Of a stretch of 61,281 nt of DNA, positions 17,503-26,103 are shown in pieces. The translations under genes were made by a program, and so were the position numbers. Under the pieces are notes generated by a model. That model ran no database searches and was not told where the DNA came from. It worked only from the letters and a program-made list of their open reading frames with translations. The DNA comes from Candidatus Bipolaricaulota bacterium (GTDB lineage Bacteria; Bipolaricaulota; Bipolaricaulia; RBG-16-55-9; DRXL01): assembly GCA_030550495.1 (NCBI GenBank), contig JAUQPG010000003.1, positions 1 through 61,281 on the forward strand. The letters are read 5' to 3'. Numbering within the stretch: position 1 is the first letter of the stretch; each line of letters opens with the position of its first letter.

Positions 17503-18612
17503 TTACTCGTGCGGCAGGTCGCCGCCGTGCTCAGCTAAGTAGTCTTTCAGCTCTTGGAGCTGTTCTTTGAGATTCCACGGCATCTCGGCGTACATGTACT
17601 TGAAGATATCTTCGACATCGCGCTTAGGGAGCGCTTCATATTGCGCAACGGCTTGCGCGATCTCGGCCTTAGCCTCCTCTAAGAGCTTCGCTTCGTCTTG
17701 TTCGCTCCAGAGCCCTTGCTTCTCCAAATAGAGTCTTAAGCGCTTGATCGGATCTTTCTGCTTCCACATCTCGACTTCTTCAGCAGGGCGGTAGCGCGTC
17801 CAGTCGTCAGCCGTCGTGTGATGCGTCAAGCGATACGTGACGGCCTCGATCAAGGTTGGGCCGCCGCCGGCGCGCGCCTTCTCCAGCGCGTCACGAGTCA
17901 CTTTATAGACCGCGAAGACATCGTTGCCATCGACTTGGACGCCTTCAAACCCATAGGCGAGAGCCTTCTGAGCGAGCGTCTCGGAAGCTGTTTGTCTAGT
18001 GCGCGGCACGGAGATCGCGTATTGATTATTTTGACAGAAGAAGACCACCGGGACCTTAAAGACTCCCGCGAAATTCAGCCCCTCGTGGAAGTCGCCCTCA
18101 GAGGTCGCGCCGTCGCCGAAGTAGACGATCGCACAAGATTTTTCGCCCTTGAGCTTAGCAGCCCAAGCCGCCCCGGTGGCGTGCAAGATCTGCGTGGCGA
18201 TGGGGACACAGATCATGAAATTTCTCATCCCCTCCGGGATGCGGTTGCCCTCTTCATTGCCGCCCCAATACGTAAAGAGCTGGAGCCAGCTCTGCCCGCG
18301 CATAGCGAGCACCGCGTGCTCACGATAGCTGGGGAAGACCCAGTCTTCAGGCTTGAGCGCATAGGCACTGCCCACTTGGGCTGCTTCTTGCCCAAGAAGA
18401 GGCGCATACGTGCCCAAGCGCCCTTGTCTCTGTAATGCCAAGGCGCGCTCGTCGAACGTGCGCGCCAGTACCATCCAGCGATAGAGGGCCTTAAAATCAT
18501 GGGGCTTCAATCCCAACTCGACGACGTCGTTGGGGTTGGCCATGCCGTCAGGCCCCAGAATCTGAATAAACGGGACGAGCGATTCACGCTGCAGAGTCAC
18601 TTTAGCTGCCAT
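17503..18612 (-). CDS. 2-oxoacid dehydrogenase E1 component, alpha subunit (thiamine diphosphate-dependent)
   Basis: TPP-binding region YFGDGATSEGDFHEGLNFA. AAGGAGGGAG precedes the ATG. Overlaps the lipA end by 11 nt. Confidence 0.93.
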   Translation of the reverse strand: MAAKVTLQRESLVPFIQILGPDGMANPNDVVELGLKPHDFKALYRWMVLARTFDERALALQRQGRLGTYAPLLGQEAAQVGSAYALKPEDWVFPSYREHAVLAMRGQSWLQLFTYWGGNEEGNRIPEGMRNFMICVPIATQILHATGAAWAAKLKGEKSCAIVYFGDGATSEGDFHEGLNFAGVFKVPVVFFCQNNQYAISVPRTRQTASETLAQKALAYGFEGVQVDGNDVFAVYKVTRDALEKARAGGGPTLIEAVTYRLTHHTTADDWTRYRPAEEVEMWKQKDPIKRLRLYLEKQGLWSEQDEAKLLEEAKAEIAQAVAQYEALPKRDVEDIFKYMYAEMPWNLKEQLQELKDYLAEHGGDLPHE

Positions 18613-19510
18613 GATTGAGTTCTCCCTCCTTAGACCGGAGCAAGCTCTTGACGAAAAACTCGCCAGCCCGATAGCTGCTGCGCACTAACGGCCCAGAGGC
18701 GACATAACGAAAGCCCATCGCTTCGCCGATCTCTTTCCACCGCGCGAACTTGTCAGGATGAACGTATTCGACGACTTCTATATGTCGCGGGCTGGGGCGC
18801 AGGTACTGCCCGATCGTTAGAATATCAACGCCGACGGCGCGCAGATCGCGCATCGTCTGAAGAATCTCTTCATCTGTCTCACCCAAGCCGACCATGATCG
18901 ACGATTTCGTATAGCGCGTCGGGTCGAGCTTTTTCACGTTCTCCAAGACCATCAGTGACTGACGATACGTCGCGCGGCGGTCACGGACTTTCGGGGTAAG
19001 CCGCTCAACAGTCTCTATATTATGGTCGATGACATCGGGCTGAGCCTCGACGACTTTCTTGAGAGCGTTTATATCGCCGCGAAAGTCGGGGATGAGCACC
19101 TCGACGAGCGCTGTTGGAGTCTTCTGTTTGATCGCTCTAATAGTTTTAGCAAAATGCTCCGCGCCACCGTCGGGGAGATCATCACGGGCGACGCTTGTTA
19201 AGACTACATAATCTAAGCCCCACTCGCTCACGACTTGGGCGACCTTCCACGGCTCTAAGGGGTCAAGATAGCCGTTGGGATGCCCGCTGGTGACGGCGCA
19301 GAAGCGACACCCGCGGGTGCAGAGATCGCCCATGAGCATCAGCGTAGCCGTGCCGCCGCCCCAGCATTCGTGAACATTGGGGCAGCGGGCTTCTTCGCAG
19401 ACGGTGTGCAAGCCGTATCTGCGTAGGGTTTCTTTGATCGCGATATAGTTCTGGCCCGCCGGTGGTCGGATCTTCAGCCATTCTGGCTTTACACGCGTTG
19501 TGACTGCGAT
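18602..19510 (-). CDS. lipA: lipoyl synthase; 5-prime end extended beyond the first canonical start (see findings)
   Basis: Radical-SAM CTRGCRFCAV plus the N-terminal cluster motif CEEARCPN. The conserved KPEWLKIRPPAGQNYIAIKETLRRYGL lies upstream of the TTG at 19411, in frame, with no ATG/GTG/TTG before it. The exact start is uncertain. Confidence 0.85.
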   Translation of the reverse strand: MAVTTRVKPEWLKIRPPAGQNYIAIKETLRRYGLHTVCEEARCPNVHECWGGGTATLMLMGDLCTRGCRFCAVTSGHPNGYLDPLEPWKVAQVVSEWGLDYVVLTSVARDDLPDGGAEHFAKTIRAIKQKTPTALVEVLIPDFRGDINALKKVVEAQPDVIDHNIETVERLTPKVRDRRATYRQSLMVLENVKKLDPTRYTKSSIMVGLGETDEEILQTMRDLRAVGVDILTIGQYLRPSPRHIEVVEYVHPDKFARWKEIGEAMGFRYVASGPLVRSSYRAGEFFVKSLLRSKEGELNHGS

Positions 19511-19545
19511 AGTGCCTCACTCCCTTGGACGCTCGAGTCTGAAGC

Positions 19546-19574
19546 ATTATAGGGAATGGGAGAGAGAGTTGCAA
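19546..19574 (-). promoter_or_regulatory. sigma70-type promoter of the lipA/E1/E3 operon
   Basis: On the minus strand: TTGCAA (19574..19569), 17-bp spacer, TATAAT (19551..19546). Confidence 0.5.
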
Positions 19575-19595
19575 CGGGCTCGTATAATACCCACG

Positions 19596-20264
19596 ATGAG
19601 TTTGTTACAGCTTTATAGGATGCTTTACGATGTCTACGGTCCGCAGCACTGGTGGCCGGCCAATTCGCCCTTTGAAGTGATCGTCGGCGCGATCTTGACG
19701 CAGTCGACGAATTGGCAGAACGTCGAGCGCGCTCTTGAGAATCTCAAACAGCACAATGCCCTCACGCCCGAGAGACTCTACAAGCTCTCTGAAGAGAAGC
19801 TCACGGAGCTGATCCGTCCCGCCGGGTACTTCCGTCAGAAAGCCAAAAAACTCAAAGCATTCGTTAAGCATCTGTACGCACAGCACGACGGCGATCTGCA
19901 CACGATGCTCGCGCAGCCCCTGAAAAAGCTTCGCGCTGAGCTGCTCTCGATCTGGGGCATCGGGCCAGAAACAGCTGACTCGATAATGCTCTACGCAGCC
20001 CAAAAACCCGTCTTCGTCGTGGACACGTACACGAAGCGCATCTTCTCGCGCCTAGGGTTAGTTGAACCAACGATTTCCTACGAAGAGTTGCAAGAGTTTT
20101 TTACGCAGAGATTGCCCAAGAGCGTGAAACTCTTCAACGAGTATCACGCGCTGCTCGTGCGCCATGGGAAAGAAGTTTGTCGTCCTAAACCCCGCTGCGG
20201 GCAGTGTGTGCTCGCACGAGATTGTCAGTTTTACCGACGGAGTTCTTCAGCCGTGGGCAGATAG
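19596..20264 (+). CDS. HhH-GPD superfamily DNA glycosylase (endonuclease III-related) with a 4Fe-4S loop
   Basis: The start is taken at MSLLQLYRMLYDVYGPQHWWPA. Motifs: FEVIVGAILTQSTNWQNV, WGIGPETADSI, and CRPKPRCGQCVLARDC. A TATAAT at 19583..19588 lies 7 nt before this ATG. Confidence 0.8.
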   Translation: MSLLQLYRMLYDVYGPQHWWPANSPFEVIVGAILTQSTNWQNVERALENLKQHNALTPERLYKLSEEKLTELIRPAGYFRQKAKKLKAFVKHLYAQHDGDLHTMLAQPLKKLRAELLSIWGIGPETADSIMLYAAQKPVFVVDTYTKRIFSRLGLVEPTISYEELQEFFTQRLPKSVKLFNEYHALLVRHGKEVCRPKPRCGQCVLARDCQFYRRSSSAVGR

Positions 20265-20788
20265 AACGCCGCGCCGTTGCGCGCCCGTAGCGTCTGATCT
20301 GCCGGCCCGCGCTCCTCAAACGCCAGATCCACCCCGAACTCGCTAGCGCCCTCCGTGTCCATGAGAGCCGCGTCTAGATCGTACTGCACATTGAGGGGGA
20401 TATAGACATTAAAGAGCTTGCGCAGCTCGTTCCCGCGCCGGTCGTAGACCGTCCCTTGGTAGATGACAAACTGTAACTTTGGGCTCCAGAAGCGATAGCC
20501 AAATGCGACGGCTACTTTGGCATAGTTGCCCTCGCTTGTCCTCACGTAGATGACTGTCCCCTGGATCTTGCCGGTGTCGCGATTGTGCTGATCCAGCTCG
20601 GTACGTGTCAACTCTAGCTTATCGTAAGCAGCGCGCTGCAGCATAGCAAAGGTGATCTCATCGAAGCTGACTTGGTCGGCGAGCAAGAGCGATTGCACCA
20701 ACGCGATCACGAGCGCCAGAGCGATCGCTGTCCCAAGCACGACCAACAAGCGTCCGTAGGTGAGGCCCTTGCGCCGTGGTCTCTCCAT
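20231..20788 (-). CDS. membrane-anchored hypothetical protein (185 aa)
   Basis: One N-terminal TM helix (LLVVLGTAIALALVIALV). Starts 3 nt after the upstream gene. Its 3-prime end overlaps the convergent glycosylase gene by 34 nt. Confidence 0.55.
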   Translation of the reverse strand: MERPRRKGLTYGRLLVVLGTAIALALVIALVQSLLLADQVSFDEITFAMLQRAAYDKLELTRTELDQHNRDTGKIQGTVIYVRTSEGNYAKVAVAFGYRFWSPKLQFVIYQGTVYDRRGNELRKLFNVYIPLNVQYDLDAALMDTEGASEFGVDLAFEERGPADQTLRARNGAAFYLPTAEELRR

Positions 20789-20791
20789 GAG

Positions 20792-21877
20792 CTACTTCTT
20801 CTCGATGCGCACAAATTTTTCGTTTACTTCTGTGACGACCCCGTCAATGCTCGCGTGATGTGCCACGCTCAAGAGATTAAAATCATTGATAGGGCCATCT
20901 AAGGGCTTCGCGATAGGATCGCCGATCTTCACTCTGTCCCCGACTTTTACAATGGGGATGCTGGGCTTGCCGCGCGGGCCGTCTTGATGCATAAAAATCT
21001 TGACGCGCGTGACTTTGTCGCGAATGTCCAAGACGTCGGCGGGCGTGGGGTGCCAGTCCAAATAGCGTTCAAGACCTAATTTCTTCATGGCTTCGGGAAG
21101 GGTGTCGTCCCATGTTGGAGCAGGCTGGCCCGGCAGTGGGCGCAAGCTCACCTGGTCCGCGACGTATTTAGCAGCTTCGATCACCAAGAAGCCGTTGGTC
21201 TTCTTGGTGACGGCGTGCTCGCCTACGTTGACTCTATCGCCCATGAGCGGGCCGCCGTCGAGCACCGCTAATTTATTGTAGCGTGTCGTGTCCACGCCGA
21301 TCATCGCCAAGATATCTATCAGATACGTGCCCACAGGGGCGAGCACTACAGTCTGCTTGGCGACTTCGCCGTAGACGTTTAAGTATTTTTCGGTGACGGG
21401 CTTGCTTTGAAAGAGCGCGCGGTACATATTGTAAACAGTCTCGACGTTGTTGACCGTCACTCCCACGTGCAAGGGGATCTTCCCCGGCGGCACTTCCAGG
21501 CCCGTCACGGCCTTGGTGAGCCATTTCTCCTCGCCCATCCCGTAGATGCTGGGCGTGTAGCGAATCTCGAACCCGTATCTTTCTCGTAACGGCTCCAAGA
21601 GCTTTTTGTCTTTCTCCTTGGCCCCGATGATGATCTGCTCAAACCCGAAGATCTTCTTCAACGCGGCGAAGACCTCCACGAACGCCTCGGCCTGGCTCAT
21701 CAAGAGAATCTTATCGGCTTCGTAGCCTGGTTCGCCCTCCTCCGCGTTGACGATCAAGATCTTCGTTGGGGTGAGATACTTAAAGTACGTGGGGAATCCG
21801 GCGCCGCCCGCGCCGATCAGCCCCATCTCGCGAAAGAGCTTGACTGCGTCCTCGCGTGTCTGGACTGTTGTGGCCAT
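20792..21877 (-). CDS. RnfC/NqrA-like protein (Complex1_51K-like GAGGAGFPT motif, SLBB-like region, C-terminal barrel-sandwich), cysteine-free
   Basis: GLIGAGGAGFPTYFK...ILIVNAEEGEPG. The C-terminal segment VKVGDRVKIGDPIAKP...ASIDGVVTEV is lipoyl/RnfC_N-like. There is no Cys anywhere in the 361 aa, so no Fe-S clusters. Confidence 0.7.
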   Translation of the reverse strand: MATTVQTREDAVKLFREMGLIGAGGAGFPTYFKYLTPTKILIVNAEEGEPGYEADKILLMSQAEAFVEVFAALKKIFGFEQIIIGAKEKDKKLLEPLRERYGFEIRYTPSIYGMGEEKWLTKAVTGLEVPPGKIPLHVGVTVNNVETVYNMYRALFQSKPVTEKYLNVYGEVAKQTVVLAPVGTYLIDILAMIGVDTTRYNKLAVLDGGPLMGDRVNVGEHAVTKKTNGFLVIEAAKYVADQVSLRPLPGQPAPTWDDTLPEAMKKLGLERYLDWHPTPADVLDIRDKVTRVKIFMHQDGPRGKPSIPIVKVGDRVKIGDPIAKPLDGPINDFNLLSVAHHASIDGVVTEVNEKFVRIEKK

Positions 21878-21912
21878 AGCGTGAGATCACCCTTCGTTCG
21901 TTCGATGTCTCT

Positions 21913-21941
21913 AGAATAAAAGAAACTGAGCACGATTTCAA
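21913..21941 (-). promoter_or_regulatory. possible promoter for the RnfC-like gene
   Basis: On the minus strand: TTGAAA (21941..21936), 17-bp spacer, TATTCT (21918..21913), then a leader with GAAGGGTGAT. Confidence 0.35.
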
Positions 21942-21944
21942 AAC

Positions 21945-22469
21945 TCAGCGCGGGATCTTCGCCAGCACGGCGCGCGCAGCAACGAGCGCCGCGCTCTTAG
22001 GAGCCTCCATGTCCATCTCTCCTAAGGGGACGCTCACGAAGATCGCGATAAAGAGCGCGCCATGCTGCCAGAAGAGCCCAACACCATCGGGTTCGGGAGC
22101 TAGTTCCACCGTGCGCCCGTCTAGCTCAACAGATTCTGTCTGAGCGCCTTGGAGCAGAAGCTCGCGCGCTTCGGAGATCTTCGTTGGGTCTTTGAACTTG
22201 AAGATCGTCAGCCCGACGCGCTCGATCTTGCCGCTCCAGGGGCCGCCGGGCGCGGGCGTGTAGAACGCATGAGACGAGTACTCTTCGCCGGGGAAGGCCG
22301 GCTCAATGCGCGCTTCCTTGGCGACTAAGATAAAGCCCTCAATCGCTTCAGGGATGAGCGTCTCAGGAGCCGGCCCGGCGGGCGGGCTCGACCCCATCAC
22401 AAAGAACAGCCCTACGGCGACCACCGCTGCAAGAACCACAAAGACCCATACGATCGGATTGTTCATCAT
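21945..22469 (-). CDS. membrane-anchored hypothetical protein (174 aa) co-transcribed with nfeD-stomatin
   Basis: N-terminal TM helix. AAGGAGG lies upstream. The ATG overlaps the stomatin stop. Confidence 0.55.
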   Translation of the reverse strand: MMNNPIVWVFVVLAAVVAVGLFFVMGSSPPAGPAPETLIPEAIEGFILVAKEARIEPAFPGEEYSSHAFYTPAPGGPWSGKIERVGLTIFKFKDPTKISEARELLLQGAQTESVELDGRTVELAPEPDGVGLFWQHGALFIAIFVSVPLGEMDMEAPKSAALVAARAVLAKIPR

Positions 22470-23344
22470 GCCTCCTTCTTTTCTTGCTTGAACGCTTGTG
22501 CTGCGTAATCTCTCAAGGGCTCGAGGAAGCGCTCAAACTCCATGGGAAAGACAAACTTTGTCGCGGGGCTGGCACCCAGGGCTTTCAGCGCTTCAAGATA
22601 CTGCAAGCTCAGGGTCTTGACATCTACGCCCTTGGCGACATCATAGATCTTCTGCAGCGCCAGCGCAAAGCCTTCAGCTCGCAGAATCGCCGCTTGGCGA
22701 TCTCCTTCAGCTTTCAAGATAGCTGCTTGCTTTTCGCCCTCAGCGACCTTGATCGCCGCCTCGCGCTTGCCGTCAGCCTCAGTCACCATAGCGCGGCGCG
22801 AACGCTCCGCTGACATCTGTCGCGTCATCGCGTCTTGCACGTCTTTAGGGGGCAGAATCTCTTTGATCTCTACGCTCGTCACCTTCACACCCCACCGGTC
22901 TGTTACTTCATCGAGCTTGGTGCGCAAGACTTGGTTGATCTGTTCGCGGCGCGCCAAGACGTCATCTAAGGGGATATCGCCGATCACGGCGCGCAGGGTC
23001 GTCATAGCGATACCCGTCGCCGCCCCGGCGAAGTCCGCTACTTGAATAACGCTATTGATGGGATCGAAGATCTTCCAATAGATCAGAAAGTCGACGGAGA
23101 TCGGCGCGTTATCGCGGGTGATGCACGTCTGGGGCGGCACGTCGAGAAAGCGCTCGCGGAGATCGACCCATACGGGTCGATCAATGAACGGGATGAGCAA
23201 GACGAAGCCCGGCCCACGCGGCTGTGGCAGCGCCCGCCCCAGCCGAAAGACGACTAATCGTTGATACTCCGGCACGATCTTGATGGCCATCGCGGCCAGA
23301 AGCAGTACAACACCAATAATAATCAGCCAAATGATCACTTCCAT
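22466..23344 (-). CDS. SPFH/band-7 (stomatin-like) protein
   Basis: The start is moved to MEVIIWLIIIGVVLLLAAMAIKIVPEYQR, with GGAG upstream. The preceding 83 codons of the track ORF overlap nfeD and look non-coding. The rest is a typical SPFH domain plus a coiled-coil tail. Confidence 0.9.
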   Translation of the reverse strand: MEVIIWLIIIGVVLLLAAMAIKIVPEYQRLVVFRLGRALPQPRGPGFVLLIPFIDRPVWVDLRERFLDVPPQTCITRDNAPISVDFLIYWKIFDPINSVIQVADFAGAATGIAMTTLRAVIGDIPLDDVLARREQINQVLRTKLDEVTDRWGVKVTSVEIKEILPPKDVQDAMTRQMSAERSRRAMVTEADGKREAAIKVAEGEKQAAILKAEGDRQAAILRAEGFALALQKIYDVAKGVDVKTLSLQYLEALKALGASPATKFVFPMEFERFLEPLRDYAAQAFKQEKKEA

Positions 23345-23348
23345 GACC

Positions 23349-24659
23349 TCACTCTCCTTTTTTCGGTGATGGTTCTGCGACGACGCGCAGCCGCAACCCA
23401 CGCGCTTCGACCACACGCACACGCACTCCCTCAGGGATCGGACCTTCGACAGCCTCGGCAGACCATTCTTCTCCCCGGACGTAGACCGTGCCGTAGGGGT
23501 TGAGCGCGGTCTTGGCGATCCCGATCTCGCCGACCAAGTGCCCAAGCTGCGCTGGAGGCACACGATGAGCCCGCCATCCTCCACGCACAGCAATCACAAA
23601 GAACCCAACAAGCACAGCTGTCATCGCTCCGATAGCCCATGGACTTACAGCTAAGGTCGGCGCTGCAGCCTCAGGCAGCCGGAACGGCCGAAAGAGCAAG
23701 AGAGACCCTAACACGAACGCGATCGCACCTACAATTGAGAGCGCATAGCCTTGGACGTTCAAATCTATGACGACAAGAGCCAAGCCCAGCACTAAAAGCG
23801 CCAAGCCGCCCCAGTTCAAGGGCAAGCTTCCCAGCGCGACAAAAGCTAACAATACTAAAATAGCCCCGAGAGTGCCGACAATGGGCTCCCCCGCGTAGAA
23901 CGCCGCGATCAGCGCATAGATTCCTAGCGTCAGCAAGATATACGCAATCGTGGGATCTGCAAGCTGATGGAGAAGCTGCTCCGGCAGGCTCATACCCCGA
24001 CGTATGAGCTGCGCTTGGTGCGTGTACAGTGTATGAGTCTCATCTCCAAGTTGTACTGTCTGCCCGTCGAGCTGCCGGAGCAGATCGTCGAGATCAGCAG
24101 CGATGAAGTCGATGACACCCTGCTGGAGGGCTTCTTCAGCAGTAATCGACGCGCTCTTGCGCACCGCGTCTTCAGCCCACTGGACGTTACGGCCTCGCTG
24201 GGATGCAATAGCGCGAATGTACGCAGCCGCATCGTTGACAGCTTTTTCGGCCATAGTTGGGTCCATCTCGCCGCCGATGGCTACGGGATGGGCCGCCCCG
24301 ATGTTGGTCATCGGGGCCATGGCAGCTTTATGCGCAGCTAAAGTTATGAAGACCCCGGCCGAGGCCGCCCGCGCCCCTTTGGGAGTCACATAGACGACGA
24401 CGGGCACAGAAGCGTTGAGTATCCCTTGGACGATCTCACGCATCGCTGTATCTAACCCGCCGGGGGTGTTCAGCTCAATAATAAGGGCTTGGGCCTTGAG
24501 GGCTTTAGCTTCTTCGAGACCGCCCACAACATAACGAGCTATTACAGGGTCGATCACCCCGCTGACAGTGAGAACAACGATCTCCTGGGCGAGGCCGACT
24601 GCCCCACTCAGGGAAAGCCCTAAGATCAGAAGCCCTGTAAGCCAACTAGTGGCAAGCAT
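23349..24659 (-). CDS. NfeD-family membrane-bound ClpP-class serine protease
   Basis: IELNTPGGLDTAM...ARAASAGVFITLAAHKAAMAP, membrane helices and a C-terminal OB-fold NfeD domain. The start is taken at MLATSWLTGLL (signal-like), 10 nt after a TATAAT. Confidence 0.88.
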   Translation of the reverse strand: MLATSWLTGLLILGLSLSGAVGLAQEIVVLTVSGVIDPVIARYVVGGLEEAKALKAQALIIELNTPGGLDTAMREIVQGILNASVPVVVYVTPKGARAASAGVFITLAAHKAAMAPMTNIGAAHPVAIGGEMDPTMAEKAVNDAAAYIRAIASQRGRNVQWAEDAVRKSASITAEEALQQGVIDFIAADLDDLLRQLDGQTVQLGDETHTLYTHQAQLIRRGMSLPEQLLHQLADPTIAYILLTLGIYALIAAFYAGEPIVGTLGAILVLLAFVALGSLPLNWGGLALLVLGLALVVIDLNVQGYALSIVGAIAFVLGSLLLFRPFRLPEAAAPTLAVSPWAIGAMTAVLVGFFVIAVRGGWRAHRVPPAQLGHLVGEIGIAKTALNPYGTVYVRGEEWSAEAVEGPIPEGVRVRVVEARGLRLRVVAEPSPKKGE

Positions 24660-24669
24660 CGCACCAATC

Positions 24670-24698
24670 ATTATATGTTCGGCGGCCGTCGCGAGCAA
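24670..24698 (-). promoter_or_regulatory. possible promoter of the nfeD-stomatin operon (leaderless geometry)
   Basis: On the minus strand: TTGCTC (24698..24693), 17-bp spacer, TATAAT (24675..24670), 10 nt before the ATG at 24659. Confidence 0.4.
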
Positions 24699-24769
24699 AA
24701 GAGGCTCTCTTTGTACGTGCGCGATTTGTTTAGTAAAATCTTTCTACAATCCCACGGGGGTTCAACCGG

Positions 24770-26077
24770 ATGGAACGCTACCTAGCATTAATCGTTTTCG
24801 TTTTGGCCTACGCGCTTTTTGTCTTTCTCCCCAAGCGTCGTTCGTGGGTCGCTGCTGCCGGGGCGCTCACGTTGATGCTCACGGGAGTGGTCTCTCCAGC
24901 GTTAGTCTTCTTCGGCGAGGGAGGCAAAGAATCGCTTATCAGCTGGAACGTGATGGGGATCTTCGTGGGCACGCTCATTCTCGCTGACTTATTTATCTGG
25001 TCGCGTGTGCCCCATTATGTTGCCGAGAGATTAGTGAACAGATCGCGCAGCGTCTGCTGGGCCATGGTCAAAGTCTGTGCATTTTCAGGGTTTCTCTCGA
25101 TCTTCGCCGAGAACGTCGCTGTCGTGTTAATTGTCGCGCCCATTGCATTCGCGCTCGCGGAAAAGCTCAAGACCAGCCCCGTCCCGTTGATCATCGGAGT
25201 GACGATCTCGTCGAATCTCCAGGGGACAGCGACGCTCATCGGCGACCCCGCGAGTATGATATTTGCCGAGTACGCTGATGCGTCGTTCAACGACTTCTTC
25301 TGGTACAAGGGCCAGGGGCTTGGGGTCTTCTTTGCTATTGAATTGGGGTTTCTCACATCACTGCCCGTCTTGTATTGGGCGTTTCGTCCTCTCAATCAGA
25401 AAGTTGAACTGGTCGCCGAAGAGAGAGTGATTAGTTGGGGGCCGACGGTATTTTTGGCCACGATGATGCTGGCTCTGGCGACAGCGTCGTCGCTGCAAGC
25501 GCATGATCTTTTGGGAGCTCTTTGTATGGTCTGGGGGCTGGCTGGGCTGATCTGGTACGAGCTTCTAGGACGCAACGACCGCGAGCGCTTCCCCGATACG
25601 CCTTGGCAGATCTTGAAGAGACTCGACTGGGACTCAGCGCTCTTCTTGATGGGGGTCTTTACGCTCGTCGGAGCTCTTGTCGAGAAGGGCTGGATCGATC
25701 TCTTTGCTGAGTGGCTCAAGTCGGTGATTGGGGCGAATCTGCTCGTCTCATATATCGTAATTATCTTTCTCTCGATGCTCGTGTCAGCGTTCGTAGATAA
25801 CATTCCGTACTTGATGGCGATGATCCCTTTAGTGATGAAGCTCGCGGCCCCCGGGGCGGGGCAAGAGGCGTTGCTCTTCGGGCTGCTCATAGCGGCGAGC
25901 TTGGGGGGGAATATTACGCCCATTGGAGCGTCGGCGAACATTGTTGGGGCGGGGCAGCTGCGCCAGCGTGGGTATATTCTGGGCTTTCGCGAGTTCGGGA
26001 GAATCGGACTGCCGTTCACGCTCGCCGCGACGATCCCCGCCGCGATCTTTCTGTATCTGCTGTGGGTGATCTTCTAA
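24770..26077 (+). CDS. ArsB/NhaD-superfamily (SLC13-like) ion permease
   Basis: Polytopic membrane protein of about 12 TM helices with the duplicated half-architecture typical of this superfamily. Confidence 0.75.
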   Translation: MERYLALIVFVLAYALFVFLPKRRSWVAAAGALTLMLTGVVSPALVFFGEGGKESLISWNVMGIFVGTLILADLFIWSRVPHYVAERLVNRSRSVCWAMVKVCAFSGFLSIFAENVAVVLIVAPIAFALAEKLKTSPVPLIIGVTISSNLQGTATLIGDPASMIFAEYADASFNDFFWYKGQGLGVFFAIELGFLTSLPVLYWAFRPLNQKVELVAEERVISWGPTVFLATMMLALATASSLQAHDLLGALCMVWGLAGLIWYELLGRNDRERFPDTPWQILKRLDWDSALFLMGVFTLVGALVEKGWIDLFAEWLKSVIGANLLVSYIVIIFLSMLVSAFVDNIPYLMAMIPLVMKLAAPGAGQEALLFGLLIAASLGGNITPIGASANIVGAGQLRQRGYILGFREFGRIGLPFTLAATIPAAIFLYLLWVIF

Positions 26078-26103
26078 GACGCTTTGGATAGAATAACAGA
26101 GCT

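Noticed and set aside
19560-19588. I looked for a full sigma70 promoter for the 19596 glycosylase gene.
   Set aside because: The TATAAT at 19583..19588 is well placed, but no acceptable -35 lies 16 to 19 bp upstream. The palindromic TTGCAA at 19569 is only 8 bp away and belongs to the divergent lipA promoter. I therefore list it only as an instance of the leaderless geometry.
22466-23593. The track ORF extends the stomatin gene by 83 codons at the N-terminus.
   Set aside because: The extension overlaps the end of nfeD and is Arg/Ser/Cys-rich. It also precedes an ATG with a proper GGAG site that opens directly into the SPFH membrane anchor.
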